In this document: one piece after another, positions 1-8,790 of the stretch
How the letters are laid out: each line of letters begins with the position of its first letter
Numbering within the stretch: the first letter of the stretch is position 1
NCBI GenBank assembly: GCA_964545575.1
Contig: CAZJFL010000006.1
Span: 25,721 to 89,720, forward strand
DNA length: 64,000 nucleotides
From: an uncultured Planctomycetales bacterium
GTDB taxonomy: Bacteria > Omnitrophota > Gorgyraeia > Gygaellales > Profunditerraquicolaceae
Reading direction: 5' to 3'
Position numbers and translations under genes: made by a program
Notes under the pieces: model-generated
Told to the model about the DNA's origin: nothing
The model's database searches: none
Seen by the model: the letters and a program-made list of their open reading frames with translations, nothing else

Positions 1-4
1 ATTT

Positions 5-2311
5 TTGGCAATCGGTAGTTTGTCTCCTGCTCAAGGAGAATCTTTATCGCCCGAAGCGCAAGCGAACGCGCAGGAAGCCACCCTTAAAACAGTCACCGCC
101 ATAGAAGTAAAAGGCAATAAGTCTATCAGTGCCAATACCATTATTTCCAAAATGAAGATCAGGATCGGCGGCGCATATCAGGAGAACGTGGTAAGCGATG
201 ATTTAAAACGCCTTTATCTTTTAGGTTTTTTTAGCGATATAAAAATCGATACCGAAGATTATAAAGGCGGAGTGAAAGTGATCGTGACAGTAGTAGAAAG
301 GCCGATCATCGAAAAAATAACCTTTTCCGGGATAGAACGCCTGCCGATGAAGGAAGAGAAAATACGGGAAGCTTTAAAAACCCGCCAGGGGCAGTATTTA
401 GATTATCCTGCCCTCACCGAAGATGTAGGGACTATAGCTAAGATGTACGAAAAAATAGGTTATATCCAGGCCAAGATAGATTACGAGGTAGATCTGAATA
501 AAGAAACCAATAAAGCAAAGGTGCAATTTAACGTGGTAGAAGGTAAAAGAGTTAAGGTCAGGAGCATATCCATTACCGGAAACAAGAGTTATCCGGCTAT
601 TCGCCTGATCAGGTTAATGAAGACAAAACCAGCCTGGCTTTTTAACCCCGGGGTCTTAAAAGACGAAGTCTTGGCGGAAGATATCGAGCGCCTGAAGTCA
701 TTCTACCGGCGGGAAGGTTTTGCGGATATAGCGGTTGATTCCGAAGTTAAAGCTGACCCCAAGAAGCCGTTTTTATATATCTCTATCAGCGTCCGGGAAG
801 GGAAAAAATACCTCGTCGGAAACGTTACTATAAAAGGTAATAAAGATATCCCGGAAAAGGACATTCTGGCAAAACTTAAGGAATGCGTGCCGGGCAAGGT
901 CTATAGCGATGAAGCGATGAAGCAGGATATCGCAAACATTCAGAGCCTTTATTTTGACCGGGGTTACATATTTGCCCAGGTAGAGGAAACTACTTCTCTG
1001 AATACCTATACCGCCCGCACCGATATAATCTATACCATTACTGAAAATGAAGTTGCCTACGTAGATAAAATTAAGATCAGGGGTAATGTTAAAACCAAAG
1101 ATATGGTCATCCGCCGCGAGCTAAGGATTAGGCCGGGAGACAGATTCGACGGAGAGAAGCTCAGGCGCAGCAAGGAGAGGCTGGATAACCTGGCATTTTT
1201 CGAAGAAGTAAGTTATGACACCGAGGATACCACCACCCCCAATAAAAAAGACCTGGTAGTGGAAGTCAAAGAAGCCAAAACCGGGGCCTTTAGTTTCGGC
1301 GGCGGTTACAGTACCGTTGACCAGTTTGTCGGGTTTGTGCAGATTGAGCAAAATAATTTCGACTGGAAGAACTTCCCCTATTTTACCGGCGCCGGCCAGG
1401 ATTTGAAGCTGAGGGCTTCCTTTGGAACGGTAAACAGCGGTTTTGATTTCAGCTTTACCGAGCCCTGGGTCTTTGATTACCCGGTAGCTTTTGGTTTTGA
1501 TGCCTATAAACACAGCACCAAGAGAGAAGAAGATGTGGGCTACGGTTATGACCAGGATATAACCGGAGGGGACGTGCGCGTCGGAAGAGACATCACCGAA
1601 TATATCAGGGGAGATTTAACCTACCGTTACGACCGCATAAAAATCAGTAACATTGACGAGAATGCCAGTCAAGCCTTAAAAGAAGAGGCCGGCACAAATA
1701 ATATCAGCAGCATAGAGCTGGATCTTGCCTATGACAACCGCAATAGTAAGCTTGATCCGGTAAGGGGAAACCTGATTACCGCTGCCATGCAAAATGCCGG
1801 AGGCCCGTTAGGCGCGGATAAAAATTTCTGGAAATTCTACGGCCGGGCTTCGCATTATTTTCCGCTCTTGCGCGGTTCGGCGCTGGAGTTTAGGGGCAGG
1901 CTCGGCATTAGCGGCCCTTACGGCAACTCCGATGATATTCCGCTTTATGAAAGGTTTTTTGCCGGCGGCTCTACTACTATCAGAGGCTATGATGAACGCA
2001 TGGTCGGGCCGATAGACCCCATTTCCAAGGATGCCCTGGGCGGAAGGGCAATGGTCATCGGCAATGTCGAATACCTTTACCCTATTTTTAGTTTCCTGAA
2101 ACTTGCTGTTTTTTACGATACGGGCAATGTCTGGTCCAAGGCAAACGGCATTAAATTAAACGAGTTAAAGTCAGGGATGGGTTTCGGGGTGAGAATTAAG
2201 ACCCCTATCGGGCCGATCATGGTCGATTACGGTATCCCCCTGGATACGCAACCCGGACAGAATAAAAGAGGCAGCGGCAAGTTTCACTTTAATATGAGCA
2301 ATAGTTTCTAG
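5..2311 (+). CDS. bamA: Outer membrane protein assembly factor BamA (start probably just upstream of the window)
   Basis: POTRA-like repeats, conserved IRGY loop motif, C-terminal Phe; precedes skp-lpxD. Confidence 0.95.
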   Translation: MAIGSLSPAQGESLSPEAQANAQEATLKTVTAIEVKGNKSISANTIISKMKIRIGGAYQENVVSDDLKRLYLLGFFSDIKIDTEDYKGGVKVIVTVVERPIIEKITFSGIERLPMKEEKIREALKTRQGQYLDYPALTEDVGTIAKMYEKIGYIQAKIDYEVDLNKETNKAKVQFNVVEGKRVKVRSISITGNKSYPAIRLIRLMKTKPAWLFNPGVLKDEVLAEDIERLKSFYRREGFADIAVDSEVKADPKKPFLYISISVREGKKYLVGNVTIKGNKDIPEKDILAKLKECVPGKVYSDEAMKQDIANIQSLYFDRGYIFAQVEETTSLNTYTARTDIIYTITENEVAYVDKIKIRGNVKTKDMVIRRELRIRPGDRFDGEKLRRSKERLDNLAFFEEVSYDTEDTTTPNKKDLVVEVKEAKTGAFSFGGGYSTVDQFVGFVQIEQNNFDWKNFPYFTGAGQDLKLRASFGTVNSGFDFSFTEPWVFDYPVAFGFDAYKHSTKREEDVGYGYDQDITGGDVRVGRDITEYIRGDLTYRYDRIKISNIDENASQALKEEAGTNNISSIELDLAYDNRNSKLDPVRGNLITAAMQNAGGPLGADKNFWKFYGRASHYFPLLRGSALEFRGRLGISGPYGNSDDIPLYERFFAGGSTTIRGYDERMVGPIDPISKDALGGRAMVIGNVEYLYPIFSFLKLAVFYDTGNVWSKANGIKLNELKSGMGFGVRIKTPIGPIMVDYGIPLDTQPGQNKRGSGKFHFNMSNSF

Positions 2312-2328
2312 ATGAGGGCATAACTCAT
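2312..2328. repeat. Minimal fused-ends version of the modular palindromic element
   Basis: ATGAGGGCATAACTCAT matches the left end (GTGAGGGCATAA at 10807 and 30881) joined to the right end CTCAT. Confidence 0.5.
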
Positions 2329-2343
2329 GGAGAGGAGAGACAG

Positions 2344-2850
2344 ATGAAGAAGTTAATGGTGTTGTTAGTCGTGATTGCCGGTTGTGTGTTTCTAGTATCG
2401 CCTGTATTTGCCGCGGATAAGTTCGGCTACATCAACGTAGATGTGGTGGCTAAGGAATACGCCAAAGCCAATGACTATACCAAGGCGCTGGAAACTAAAG
2501 AGGCCGCATATAATACGGAGATAGAAAAAAAGGCCAATGAAGTAAAACAGCTGCAGGATAAAATCAACTTATTAAGCGATAAAGAGAAGGCGGCCAAGAA
2601 GAGCGAGTTTGAGGCGAAGGTTAAGGCATTCGATGAATTTGTACGTCAGAAACAGACCGACCTGCGTAAAGAATATATTGAGAAGAAAATCGAAATAGCC
2701 AAAGACATCAAGGATGCGGTAACCCAGTATGCGGAAAAAGAGGGCTATAGTTTTATCTTTGACGGGGCAACCTTAGTCTATCAGCCTAAGGGCGGGGATG
2801 TCTCTGATAAAATCATCAGCATCCTGAATAGCAAGGCCGCTAAGAAATAG
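2344..2850 (+). CDS. skp: OmpH/Skp periplasmic chaperone
   Basis: Signal peptide, KFGYINV start, coiled coil, position between bamA and lpxD. Confidence 0.9.
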   Translation: MKKLMVLLVVIAGCVFLVSPVFAADKFGYINVDVVAKEYAKANDYTKALETKEAAYNTEIEKKANEVKQLQDKINLLSDKEKAAKKSEFEAKVKAFDEFVRQKQTDLRKEYIEKKIEIAKDIKDAVTQYAEKEGYSFIFDGATLVYQPKGGDVSDKIISILNSKAAKK

Positions 2851-2859
2851 ATACGGAAA

Positions 2860-3897
2860 GTGCGTAAAACCCTAAAAGAAATAGCCGATTTTATCGAGGG
2901 TGAAGTAGTCGGCGACGGCAAACTAGTGATTACGGGTATCTCGGGGATAAAGGAAGCCCGCCAGGGCGATATTACTTTCCTGGCTAACCCTAAATATTTA
3001 CCCCTCATAGAAAAGACCTGCGCTTCGGCGGTGATTGTGCCGCGCGATCTTCTAGTTAAAGATAAGCCGACTATCCGCACAGATAATCCTTCGCTGGCAT
3101 TTGCCAAGATACTTTCCCTACTCGGCCCCCAGGAAATAAAACACCCCAGAGGTATCCACTCAAGCGTCATATTAGGCCAGGGCTCCCAGACCGGCCGTAA
3201 TGTAGCCATCGGGCCTTATGCCGTAATCGGCGATAATGTATTTATAGGAGATAACACCGTAATCTACCCGGGTTGCTATTTGGGCCATGATACAAAAATA
3301 GGTAAAGACACTTTAATCTATCCTAATGTTTCTATCCGCGAACGCACCACTATCGGCGAGCGCGTGATTATTCATAGCGGTACGGTGATCGGCTCAGACG
3401 GTTTCGGTTTTACGACAGTGGAAGGGATGCACCAGAAGATCCCGCAGTTAGGGACAGTGGAGATAGGGGATGATGTAGAGATAGGCGCCAACGTCACTAT
3501 TGACCGCGCCCGTTTCGACAAGACCGTTATCGGAAGCGGCACTAAAATTGATAATCTGGTGCAGATCGCCCATAATGTAGTGATCGGAGAAAACTCCCTC
3601 ATTGTGGCGCAGGTAGGGATATCCGGAAGCACGACTGTCGGCAAGAATGTGATCCTGGCCGGACAGGTGGGGATCGTGGGGCACATTGATATCGGAGACA
3701 AGGCTATTGTGATGGCGCAGTCAGGAGTAAATAAATCCGTCCCCGCGGGAGCGACCTTTTGGGGCTATCCGGCAAAACCGGCTGAAATTTCCAGAAAAGT
3801 CAATGCCTGCGTCCAGAACTTGCCCCGCCTATATAATACCATCGCCGAACTTAAGAAAAAAATAGCGGAGTTAGAAGCCAGGCTCAATAAAAAATAA
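2860..3897 (+). CDS. lpxD: UDP-3-O-acylglucosamine N-acyltransferase
   Basis: Hexapeptide repeats, [18 protein letters not shown]. Confidence 0.97.
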   Translation: MRKTLKEIADFIEGEVVGDGKLVITGISGIKEARQGDITFLANPKYLPLIEKTCASAVIVPRDLLVKDKPTIRTDNPSLAFAKILSLLGPQEIKHPRGIHSSVILGQGSQTGRNVAIGPYAVIGDNVFIGDNTVIYPGCYLGHDTKIGKDTLIYPNVSIRERTTIGERVIIHSGTVIGSDGFGFTTVEGMHQKIPQLGTVEIGDDVEIGANVTIDRARFDKTVIGSGTKIDNLVQIAHNVVIGENSLIVAQVGISGSTTVGKNVILAGQVGIVGHIDIGDKAIVMAQSGVNKSVPAGATFWGYPAKPAEISRKVNACVQNLPRLYNTIAELKKKIAELEARLNKK

Positions 3898-3899
3898 AT

Positions 3900-5213
3900 A
3901 TGGAACAGCAAAGGACGATTGCCAGAGACGCCAGTTTAAAAGGCGTAGGCCTGCATACGGCTAAGGAAGTGAACATTACCTTTAAGCCGGCAGGCCTGGA
4001 CTGCGGTATCAATTTTATCCGCACGGATACAACACCCAGAGTCACGATTAAAGCCTCGGTGGATACGCTGTTATCTCAGTCGCGCTCACCCCGGCGCACC
4101 TCCATAGGCAAGGACGGTATAGAGGTGCATACCATCGAGCATCTGATGGCGGCCCTGTCGGGTTTGGGGATAGACAACCTGGATATTGAAATTAACAACG
4201 AAGAAGTCCCCGGTCTTGACGGCAGCAGCCTGAATTTTTTAAAAGCGCTTACTGATGCGGGCATTAAAGAGCAGGCTAAGGCGCGTCATTATTATCTGGT
4301 CAGAGACCCTATTTTTGTAGAAGAGCCCGGCGGCTCGATTGTAGTTTTGCCGGCGCAGGATTTCAGGATATCCTACACTTTAAGTTACGATCACCCGCTT
4401 TTAAAAGCGGAGTTTATGGAGTTGGGCATTAATGCGGATACCTTTAAGGATGAATTAGCTGCTTCGCGCACCTTCTGCCTGGAAGAAGAAGCGACGGAAT
4501 TGCAGCAGCAGGGTATTGGACAGGGCGCAAATTACGAGAATACTCTTGTCTTAGGCAAGACCGGGGTGCTGAAGAACAAACTGCGCTATGAGGATGAGTT
4601 CATCCGGCATAAGATACTGGATTTAATGGGCGATTTATACGTGCTGGGCCAACCGATAAAGGCTCACGTTATTGCTTTAAGGAGCGGGCACTCTTTGAAC
4701 CTGAAATTAATCAAGAAAATAGACCGGGAAAAGCAAAAGCAGTCTGCCGGAGGCATCGGCGCTTCCTACTCTCCGCCTGAAGGGCAGGAGCTGGGTGCGC
4801 CTGAGATTATGAAAATATTGCCGCACCGCGAGCCTTTCCTGTTTGTAGATAGAATAACTTCTTTGGAAAAAGGCAGGCGCGCCGTGGGGATAAAGAACGT
4901 TACCATAAACGATTATTTTTTTAAAGGGCATTTTCCCACCAGACCGGTGATGCCGGGGGTGCTGATTATCGAAGCTATGGCGCAGGTGGGCGGGGTGATG
5001 ATGCTTTCTCCGGAGGAGAATCAGGGTAAGATCGCTTATTTTATCGCTGCCGATAATATAAAGTTTAGAAAAACCGTGGTGCCGGGCGACCAGCTGGTGC
5101 TGGAAGTAGATGCCGGAAAAATTAAACCTAAGACCGGCCTGGTGCATGCTAAGGCAAAAGTAGAGGGAAAAGTGGTCGCCGAAGCAGACCTTAAGTTTGT
5201 TTTAACGGATTAA
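3900..5213 (+). CDS. lpxC-fabZ: Bifunctional LpxC/FabZ
   Basis: TIEHLMAAL and HKILD (LpxC); LPHREPF and GHFP..PVMPGVLIIEAMAQ (FabZ). Confidence 0.97.
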   Translation: MEQQRTIARDASLKGVGLHTAKEVNITFKPAGLDCGINFIRTDTTPRVTIKASVDTLLSQSRSPRRTSIGKDGIEVHTIEHLMAALSGLGIDNLDIEINNEEVPGLDGSSLNFLKALTDAGIKEQAKARHYYLVRDPIFVEEPGGSIVVLPAQDFRISYTLSYDHPLLKAEFMELGINADTFKDELAASRTFCLEEEATELQQQGIGQGANYENTLVLGKTGVLKNKLRYEDEFIRHKILDLMGDLYVLGQPIKAHVIALRSGHSLNLKLIKKIDREKQKQSAGGIGASYSPPEGQELGAPEIMKILPHREPFLFVDRITSLEKGRRAVGIKNVTINDYFFKGHFPTRPVMPGVLIIEAMAQVGGVMMLSPEENQGKIAYFIAADNIKFRKTVVPGDQLVLEVDAGKIKPKTGLVHAKAKVEGKVVAEADLKFVLTD

Positions 5214-5214
5214 A

Positions 5215-6006
5215 ATGAAAACAGAAATAGATACCAGTGCCGTGGTCTCCCAGAAAGCTAAATTATACGATCATGTCACAATCGGCGAGTATTCTATTAT
5301 TAAAGATAATGTCTCTATCGGTGCGGGTACAAAAATCGGCGCGCACTGCGTAATAGAAGGCAATACCACAATCGGGAAATCCTGCGAAATCTTTACCGGG
5401 GCAGTGCTGGGAAGCCGGCCGCAGGACTTAAAATATAAAGGAGAAAATAGCTTATTGGAGATAGGCGATCATAATATCATCCGTGAATACTGCACCTTTA
5501 ACCCCGGCACAGAAGACGGGAGAAAGACCAAGGTCGGAAATAATAACCTGTTTATGGCTTATTCGCACATTGCCCACGATTGCGTAGTAGGAAATAATTG
5601 TATCATCGCTAACAACGGAACGCTGGCCGGCCATGTTACCATTGAAGATAAGGCAGTGGTCGGGGGTTTGGTTGCTATCCATCAGTTCGTCAGGATCGGG
5701 CAACTTTCCATTATCGGAGGCTGTTCCAAGGTAGTGCAGGATATTCCGCCGTATTCCACCTGCGACGGGCATCCGGCGCGGGTATACGGATTAAACCTGG
5801 TGGGTTTAAGGCGCCATAATATCCCCAAAGAATCGTTAAAGCAATTGAACCGCGCCTTTTCCATTCTTTTTAATCAAGGGTTAACCATTAAACATGCTCT
5901 TGCCAAATTAGAAGAAGAGATCCAGCCCGCCTCAGCTGAGGTTCGGTATCTGGTAAATTTTATCAAAAAGTCCGAAAGAGGTATTGCGCGTTCCTGCCGT
6001 AAATAG
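5215..6006 (+). CDS. lpxA: UDP-N-acetylglucosamine O-acyltransferase
   Basis: Hexapeptide repeats, PQDLKY, HIAHDC, GLNLVGLRR. Confidence 0.97.
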   Translation: MKTEIDTSAVVSQKAKLYDHVTIGEYSIIKDNVSIGAGTKIGAHCVIEGNTTIGKSCEIFTGAVLGSRPQDLKYKGENSLLEIGDHNIIREYCTFNPGTEDGRKTKVGNNNLFMAYSHIAHDCVVGNNCIIANNGTLAGHVTIEDKAVVGGLVAIHQFVRIGQLSIIGGCSKVVQDIPPYSTCDGHPARVYGLNLVGLRRHNIPKESLKQLNRAFSILFNQGLTIKHALAKLEEEIQPASAEVRYLVNFIKKSERGIARSCRK

Positions 6007-6056
6007 GGACTGTCCCCGCAGTCGCCTTTTACTTCAGGCTGAGGGGACTGTCCCTA
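6004..6056. repeat. REP-like doublet of GGGACTGTCCC palindromes
   Basis: GGGACTGTCCC at 6006-6016 and 6044-6054; the same doublet occurs at 60561-60641. Confidence 0.8.
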
Positions 6057-6071
6057 AGGCTTTAAAAGAAA

Positions 6072-6875
6072 ATGGAAAAAATTGGTTTAATCGCCGGTAA
6101 CCGTAAGTTTCCCCTTCTTTTTTGCGCCGCCGCCAAGAAAAGAGCCTATCATATCGTGGCCGTAGCCATAAAAGGGGACACCTCGCCCGCTTTAAAAAAA
6201 CTCGTGGATAAAATATACTGGCTTAGGCTCGGCGAGTTCACCCGCCTTTTTGAGATCTTTAAGAAAGAAGGGGTCACTAAAGTAGTCATGGCCGGCCAGA
6301 TCAGCCCGCACCGCCTTTTTAGCAAAGAAGTAAGTAAAAATAAAGCAATACAGGATATCTTAAGCAGCATCAGAGATAAAAAAGCCGACACCATATTCGG
6401 CGCGATAGCGCAAAAGTTAAAAGACTCCGGGATTGAATTAGCGGACTCTACTATTTTTATGGAAGAGTTTCTTCCTGCCAAAGGCACACTCGCCAGGAGA
6501 GAGCCGGATTTTGCCGAATGGGAAGATATCCACTTTGGCTTAAGGCTAGCCAAAGAAATTGCTTATTTGGATATCGGCCAGAGCGTGGCGGTAAAACATA
6601 AAGCCGTAGTGGCGGTGGAAGCTCTGGAAGGCACGGATAATCTCATCCGCCGCGCCGGTAAAATTGCCGGAAAAGGCGCAGTCATGGTTAAGGTCAGTAA
6701 GCCAAAGCAGGACATGCGATTTGATATCCCGGTCATAGGTTTGACCACCGTAAAGAACCTGATCAAAGCAGGTGTCTGCTGCCTGGCCATTGAAGCCGAT
6801 AAAACTCTTTTTATTGACAAGGAAGCCAGCATAAGACTAGCCGATAAAAAAGGTCTCGCCATCGTCGCAGTATAA
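6072..6875 (+). CDS. lpxI: UDP-2,3-diacylglucosamine diphosphatase LpxI
   Basis: GLIAG start, DIGQ, EALEGTD, KPKQDMRFDIP motifs; follows lpxA. Confidence 0.93.
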   Translation: MEKIGLIAGNRKFPLLFCAAAKKRAYHIVAVAIKGDTSPALKKLVDKIYWLRLGEFTRLFEIFKKEGVTKVVMAGQISPHRLFSKEVSKNKAIQDILSSIRDKKADTIFGAIAQKLKDSGIELADSTIFMEEFLPAKGTLARREPDFAEWEDIHFGLRLAKEIAYLDIGQSVAVKHKAVVAVEALEGTDNLIRRAGKIAGKGAVMVKVSKPKQDMRFDIPVIGLTTVKNLIKAGVCCLAIEADKTLFIDKEASIRLADKKGLAIVAV

Positions 6876-6888
6876 ATTACCCCTTCAG

Positions 6889-6917
6889 TTGAAAAGCTAT
6901 CTTTTTCATGCTATACT
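6889..6917 (+). promoter_or_regulatory. Sigma70-type promoter for the riboswitch transcript
   Basis: TTGAAA-17 bp-TATACT with extended TG. Confidence 0.75.
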
Positions 6918-6924
6918 TTATATT

Positions 6925-7020
6925 GCCGATAAAGGCAAACCCGCCGAAAGGCGGGGGCGCAAAGCCGCAGGCCTAAGGCCGTGAGTTAACGTTGGACGGC
7001 TACGGTAGCTGGGCTGCCGA
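6925..7020 (+). ncRNA. Cyclic di-GMP-I (GEMM) riboswitch aptamer
   Basis: GGCAAAC-CCGCC-GAAA-GGCGG-GGGCGCAAAGC...CCTAAG...GGTAGCTGGGCTGCCGA fits the GEMM-I consensus; G at the Vc2 G20-equivalent position suggests c-di-GMP rather than cGAMP. Confidence 0.93.
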
Positions 7021-7069
7021 AGGAGGTCGAGAGGAGTGCTTTCGACTGGCCTTTATCGGCGGTCGTTTT
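7014..7069 (+). terminator. Riboswitch expression-platform hairpin
   Basis: GCCGA..GTCGAGAG/CTTTCGAC..TCGGC stem followed by a short T run; 7049-7060 is also the exact complement of 6925-6936. Confidence 0.55.
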
Positions 7070-7075
7070 ACAAGG

Positions 7076-7102
7076 AATCCCAACATTTTGTTGGGATTTT
7101 TT
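7076..7102 (+). terminator. Intrinsic terminator
   Basis: AATCCCAAC/GTTGGGATT stem followed by T tract. Confidence 0.7.
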
Positions 7103-7131
7103 GTTAGCAACCCCGTCGATTTCCCACCCAT

Positions 7132-7365
7132 ATATTTTGTGGGGCCTGTCTTGGCTATTTTCTCGCGGGGACGCTTGTTGCGTCCCAGCGTGCCGCAATT
7201 GCGTCCTTCGCTTACGCTTCAGGACGCAACCCCTCTTAGTAAGCGCATGGGCTGCGCTCGTCTCCAGCCCCTCGCTCTCACCGAGTATCTATTTAGCGGG
7301 TGAACCGTGCCCGCTCGGGGCTTCCGACGCCCCGCTCTAAAATAGCCAAGCCACCCACAAAATAT
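7132..7365. repeat. Large nested palindromic element (family 2)
   Basis: Outer arms ATATTTTGTGGG-GCCTGTC-TTGGCTATTTT / AAAATAGCCAA-GCCA-CCCACAAAATAT enclose several inner hairpins. Confidence 0.85.
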
Positions 7366-7416
7366 CGAATTCGTTCAAAAACTCTCCAGATTCATTTTTT
7401 GATGGCTTAAGTTGCA

Positions 7417-7491
7417 TTTAGCGGGTGGCACGGGGATGCTTCGCGAGCGCTATCATAGCGCAAGAAGCGCCCCGTGACAGGACCCGCTAAA
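7417..7491. repeat. Family 2 palindromic element, opposite orientation
   Basis: TTTAGCGGGTGGC...GACAGGACCCGCTAAA; its reverse complement matches the arms of 28609-28682. Confidence 0.85.
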
Positions 7492-7572
7492 CTCTTACTT
7501 CTATTCGTAATAATACCTTATTATTGGCATTTTCTATTTCCATTTTAGATGAGCGGTGTTATAATACAATCT

Positions 7573-8790
7573 ATGTTAAAGTTTCCAGCTAACTTTCTCT
7601 GGGGCGCGGCGACTTCTGCCTATCAGGTAGAAGGTAGTAATACTAATAGCGACTGGTGGGAGTGGGAGAAGCGCACTGGCAGGGAATCTTCGGGTGATGC
7701 CTGCCGCCATTACGCACTCTACCGGCAGGATTTCGATTTAGCTAAAGCCCTTAACCATAATGCCCACCGTCTATCCCTGGAATGGAGCCGCATCGAGCCC
7801 GAAGAGGGCAAGTTTTCAGAGCAAGAGCTCAAACATTACAAAGATGTGATCTTAGCGCTTAAGGAGCGCGGCCTCCAACCTATTGTTACGCTGCATCATT
7901 TCAGCAACCCCATCTGGCTTACGCGTTTAGGCGGATGGGAGAATAAAAAAGCCGCGCAATATTTTTTGCGTTTTGTCGAGCGCGCGGTGAATGAATTAGC
8001 CGACCAGGTGCATTACTGGATTCCTATAAACGAACCGATGGTCTATGTGTATCATAGCTACATCGCCGGAGTCTGGCCGCCGCAGGAAAAATCATTCTCC
8101 AAAGCCAGGTTAGTGGAGAATAATTTAGCCGCCGCCCATCTTAAAGCATACAGGTTAATCCACGCCATTTATAAAAATAGAAAATTAAACCCTCCTTTGG
8201 TAGGTATCGCGCAAAACATGCAGGCGTTTATAGCTTGTCAGGCGACACTCAGGAATAAGCTGGCAGTGCGTTTAAGGGACAGGCTCTTTAACTTTGCTTT
8301 TATCGCCAGACTCACACAGAGGCGTGCCCTTGATTTTATCGGGGTTAATTATTATTCGCGCGGGCTGGTAGAAGTAAACCATTGGGGTTTTAAGCATCTC
8401 TTGCTGGATAATTGTAAGAATAATCACCTTCCGGTGCGTAAGAACTCTTTAGGGTGGGATATCTATCCGGCCGGCCTGTATGCGCTGCTTTTGAAACTAA
8501 AAAAATATAAACTCCCTATATTGATTTCAGAAAACGGCATCTGCACTGAAGACGATAATTTGCGCTGGGATTACATATCCGAACATTTAAAAAATATACA
8601 TTCGGCAATAGAAAAAGGGGTGCCGGTATTAGGTTACATTTATTGGTCGTTGATCGATAATTATGAATGGGATAAAGCCTTTACCCCGCGCTTCGGTATT
8701 ATCGCAGTGGATTATTCTACCTATAAACGCACGGTCAGGGAAAGCGGGAAAAAACTAGCCCTGGTCTGTCAGCATAACGCGCTGGATTAA
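7573..8790 (+). CDS. Glycoside hydrolase family 1 (beta-glucosidase-like), probably leaderless
   Basis: FLWGAATSAYQVEG, INEP and ISENG catalytic motifs; TGnTATAAT at 7557-7565 lies 7 nt before ATG 7573. Confidence 0.92.
   Translation: MLKFPANFLWGAATSAYQVEGSNTNSDWWEWEKRTGRESSGDACRHYALYRQDFDLAKALNHNAHRLSLEWSRIEPEEGKFSEQELKHYKDVILALKERGLQPIVTLHHFSNPIWLTRLGGWENKKAAQYFLRFVERAVNELADQVHYWIPINEPMVYVYHSYIAGVWPPQEKSFSKARLVENNLAAAHLKAYRLIHAIYKNRKLNPPLVGIAQNMQAFIACQATLRNKLAVRLRDRLFNFAFIARLTQRRALDFIGVNYYSRGLVEVNHWGFKHLLLDNCKNNHLPVRKNSLGWDIYPAGLYALLLKLKKYKLPILISENGICTEDDNLRWDYISEHLKNIHSAIEKGVPVLGYIYWSLIDNYEWDKAFTPRFGIIAVDYSTYKRTVRESGKKLALVCQHNALD

Noticed and set aside
3900-5213. LpxC-FabZ fusion as a novelty
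   Set aside because: This fusion is already known in several phyla such as Bacteroidota
6986-7340. ORFs 6986-7198, 6992-7303 and 7101-7340
   Set aside because: They overlap the riboswitch, terminators and palindromes, and lack a credible start context or protein-like motifs
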